A stretch of DNA of 20,000 nucleotides, from assembly GCF_004010195.1 (NCBI RefSeq), contig NC_057750.1, positions 8,971,891-8,991,890 on the forward strand. The letters run 5' to 3'. The notes beneath the pieces were generated by a model that saw nothing but the letters and a program-made list of their open reading frames with translations, had not been told where the DNA came from and did not search any database. Both the position numbers and the translations under genes were made by a program. Below are positions 17,961 to 20,000 of the stretch, in pieces (position 1 is the first letter of the stretch; each line of letters begins with the position of its first letter). The stretch is from Chiloscyllium plagiosum. Taxonomy: Eukaryota.

Positions 17961-20000
17961 CAGTGTTACAGTGTGGAGTATGTCAGTGTTACAGTGTGGG
18001 GTATGTCAGTGTTACAGTGTGGGGTATGTCAGTGTTACAGTGAGGGGTATGTCAGTGTTACAGTGAGGGGTATGTCAGTGTTACAGCGAGGGGTATGTCA
18101 GTGTTACAGTGAGGGGTATATCAGTGTTACAGTGAGGGGTATATCAGAGTGTTACATTGTGGGATATCTCAGTGTTACAGTGAGGGATATGTCAGCGTTA
18201 CAGTGAGGGGTATATCAGTGTTACAGTGAGGGGTATATCAGTGTTACAGTGTGGGGTATGTCAGTGTTACAGTGAGGGGTATATCCGAGTGTTATATTGT
18301 GGGATATGTCAGTGTTACAGTGTAGAGTATGTCAGTGTTACAGTATGGAGTATGTCAGTGTTACAGTGTGGGGTATATCAGTGTTACAGTGTGGAGTATG
18401 TCAGTGTTACAGTGTGGGGTATATCCGAGTGTCAGTGAGGGGTATGTCAGTGTTACAGTGTGGGGTATGTCAGTGTTACAGTGTGGGGTATGTCAGTGTT
18501 ACAGTGAGGGGTATATCCGAGTGTTACATTGTGGGATATGTCAGTGTTACAGTGTGGAGTATGTCAGTGTTACAGTGTGGGGTATGTCAGTGTTACAGTG
18601 AGGGGTATATCTGAGTGTTACATTGTGGGATATGTCAGTGTTACAGTGAGGGGTATGTCAGTGTTACAGTGTGGGGTATGTCAGTGTAACAGTGAGGGGT
18701 ATGTCAGTGTTACAGTGAGGGGTATATCAGTGTTACAGTGTGGGGTATGTCAGTGTAACAGTGAGGGGTATGTCAGTGTTACAGTGAGGGGTATATCAGT
18801 GTTACAGTGAGGGGTATATCCGAGTGTTACATTGTGGGATATGTCAGTGTTACAGTGAGGGGTATATCAGTGTTACAGTGAGGGGTATATCCGAGTGTTA
18901 CATTGTGGGATATGTCAGTGTTACAGTGAGGGGTATATCAGTGTTACAGTGAGGGGTATATCCGAGTGTTACATTGTGGGATATGTCAGTGTTACAGTGT
19001 GGGGTATATCAGTGTTACAGTGTGGGGTATGTCAGTGTTACAGTGAGGGGTATATCCGAGTGTTACATTGTGGGATATGTCAGTGTTACAGTGTGGAGTA
19101 TGTCAGTGTTACAGTGAGGGGTATATCAGTGTTACAGTGAGGGGCATATCCGAGTGTTACATTGTGGGATATGTCAGTGTTACAGTGTGGGGTATATCAG
19201 TGTTACAGTGTGGGGTATGTCAGTGTTAGAGTGAGGGTATGTCAGTGTTACAGTGAGGGGTATGTCATTGTTACAGTGTGGGGTATGTCAGTGTTACAGT
19301 GAGGGGTATGTCAGTGTTACAGTGTGGGATATGTCAGGGTTACAGTGAGGGGTATATCAGTGTTACAGTGTGGGGTATGTCAGTGTTACAGTGAGGGGTA
19401 TGTCAGTGTTACAGTGAGGGGTATGTCAGTGTTACAGTGTGGGGTATGTCAGTGTTACAGTGAGGGGTATGTCAGTGTTACAGTGTGGGGTATGTCAGTG
19501 TTACAGTGAGGGGTATATCCGAGTGTTACATTGTGGGATATGTCAGTGTTACAGTGAGGGGTATGTCAGTGTTACAGTGTGGAGTATGTCAGTGTTACAG
19601 TGTGGAGTATGTCAGTGTTACAGTGTGGGGTATGTCAGTGTTACAGTGAGGGGTATATCAGTGTTACAGTGTGGAGTATGTCAGTGTTACAGTGTGGGGT
19701 ATGTCAGTGTTACAGTGAGGGGTATATCAGTGTTACAGTGTGGAGTATGTCAGTGTTACAGTGTGGGGTATGTCAGTGTTACAGTGAGGGGTATATCAGT
19801 GTTACAGTGTGGAGTATGTCAGTGTTACAGTGTGGGGTATGTCAGTGTTACAGTGAGGGGTATATCAGTGTTACAGTGTGGAGTATGTCAGTGTTACAGT
19901 GTGGGGTATATCCGAGTGTTACATTGTGGGATATGTCAGTGTTACAGTGTGGGGTATATCCGAGTGTTACATTGTGGGATATGTCAGTGTTACAGTGTGG
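17961..20000. repeat. 23-bp minisatellite (tgtcagtgttacagtg(t/a)gg(g/a)gta) with an interspersed 25-bp variant; extends beyond the window
   Basis: Period 23 (tgtcagtgtt at 17981 and 18004). Variant unit tatccgagtgttacattgtgggata. Confidence 0.98.

Noticed and set aside
17961..18100. V(D)J RSS heptamer-like motifs, or a SINE-tail origin of the minisatellite (tacagtgtgga)
   Set aside because: No CACAGTG with a correctly spaced nonamer. The similarity to the SINE tail is only ~11 nt.
17961..20000. CRISPR array, or Cys/Val-rich coding ORFs (e.g. 18297-18614)
   Set aside because: Contiguous tandem units with no unique spacers and no cas genes. The ORFs are translations of the minisatellite.

Overview
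Eukaryotic, repeat-dominated DNA with no confidently identifiable host gene (intronic or intergenic). The repeat families point to a cartilaginous fish, probably a shark. Most of the window is nested, decayed retroelements: 3' fragments of CR1-type (HER1-like) LINEs, HE1-type tRNA-derived V-SINEs that share their tail, a second LINE/SINE pair, DeuSINE-like relics and Penelope-like elements (PLEs). It also holds a 357-nt assembly gap, a CA-rich microsatellite, a 70/100-bp tandem repeat and a >2 kb 23-bp minisatellite running off the right end. The most striking signal is about ten minimal type-I hammerhead-ribozyme motifs (CUGANGA-A-stem II-GAAA-palindromic stem III-UH), intact or decayed, in three PLE-type families. 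One lies at the 3' end of an RT-encoding Penelope copy. Several lie at the centre of short fold-back elements, including a perfect 92-bp palindrome with a tandem hammerhead pair. A complex templated inversion/duplication and a recurrent SINE insertion site are also visible. Family names come from recalled consensus sequences, not a database search, and repeat boundaries are approximate.
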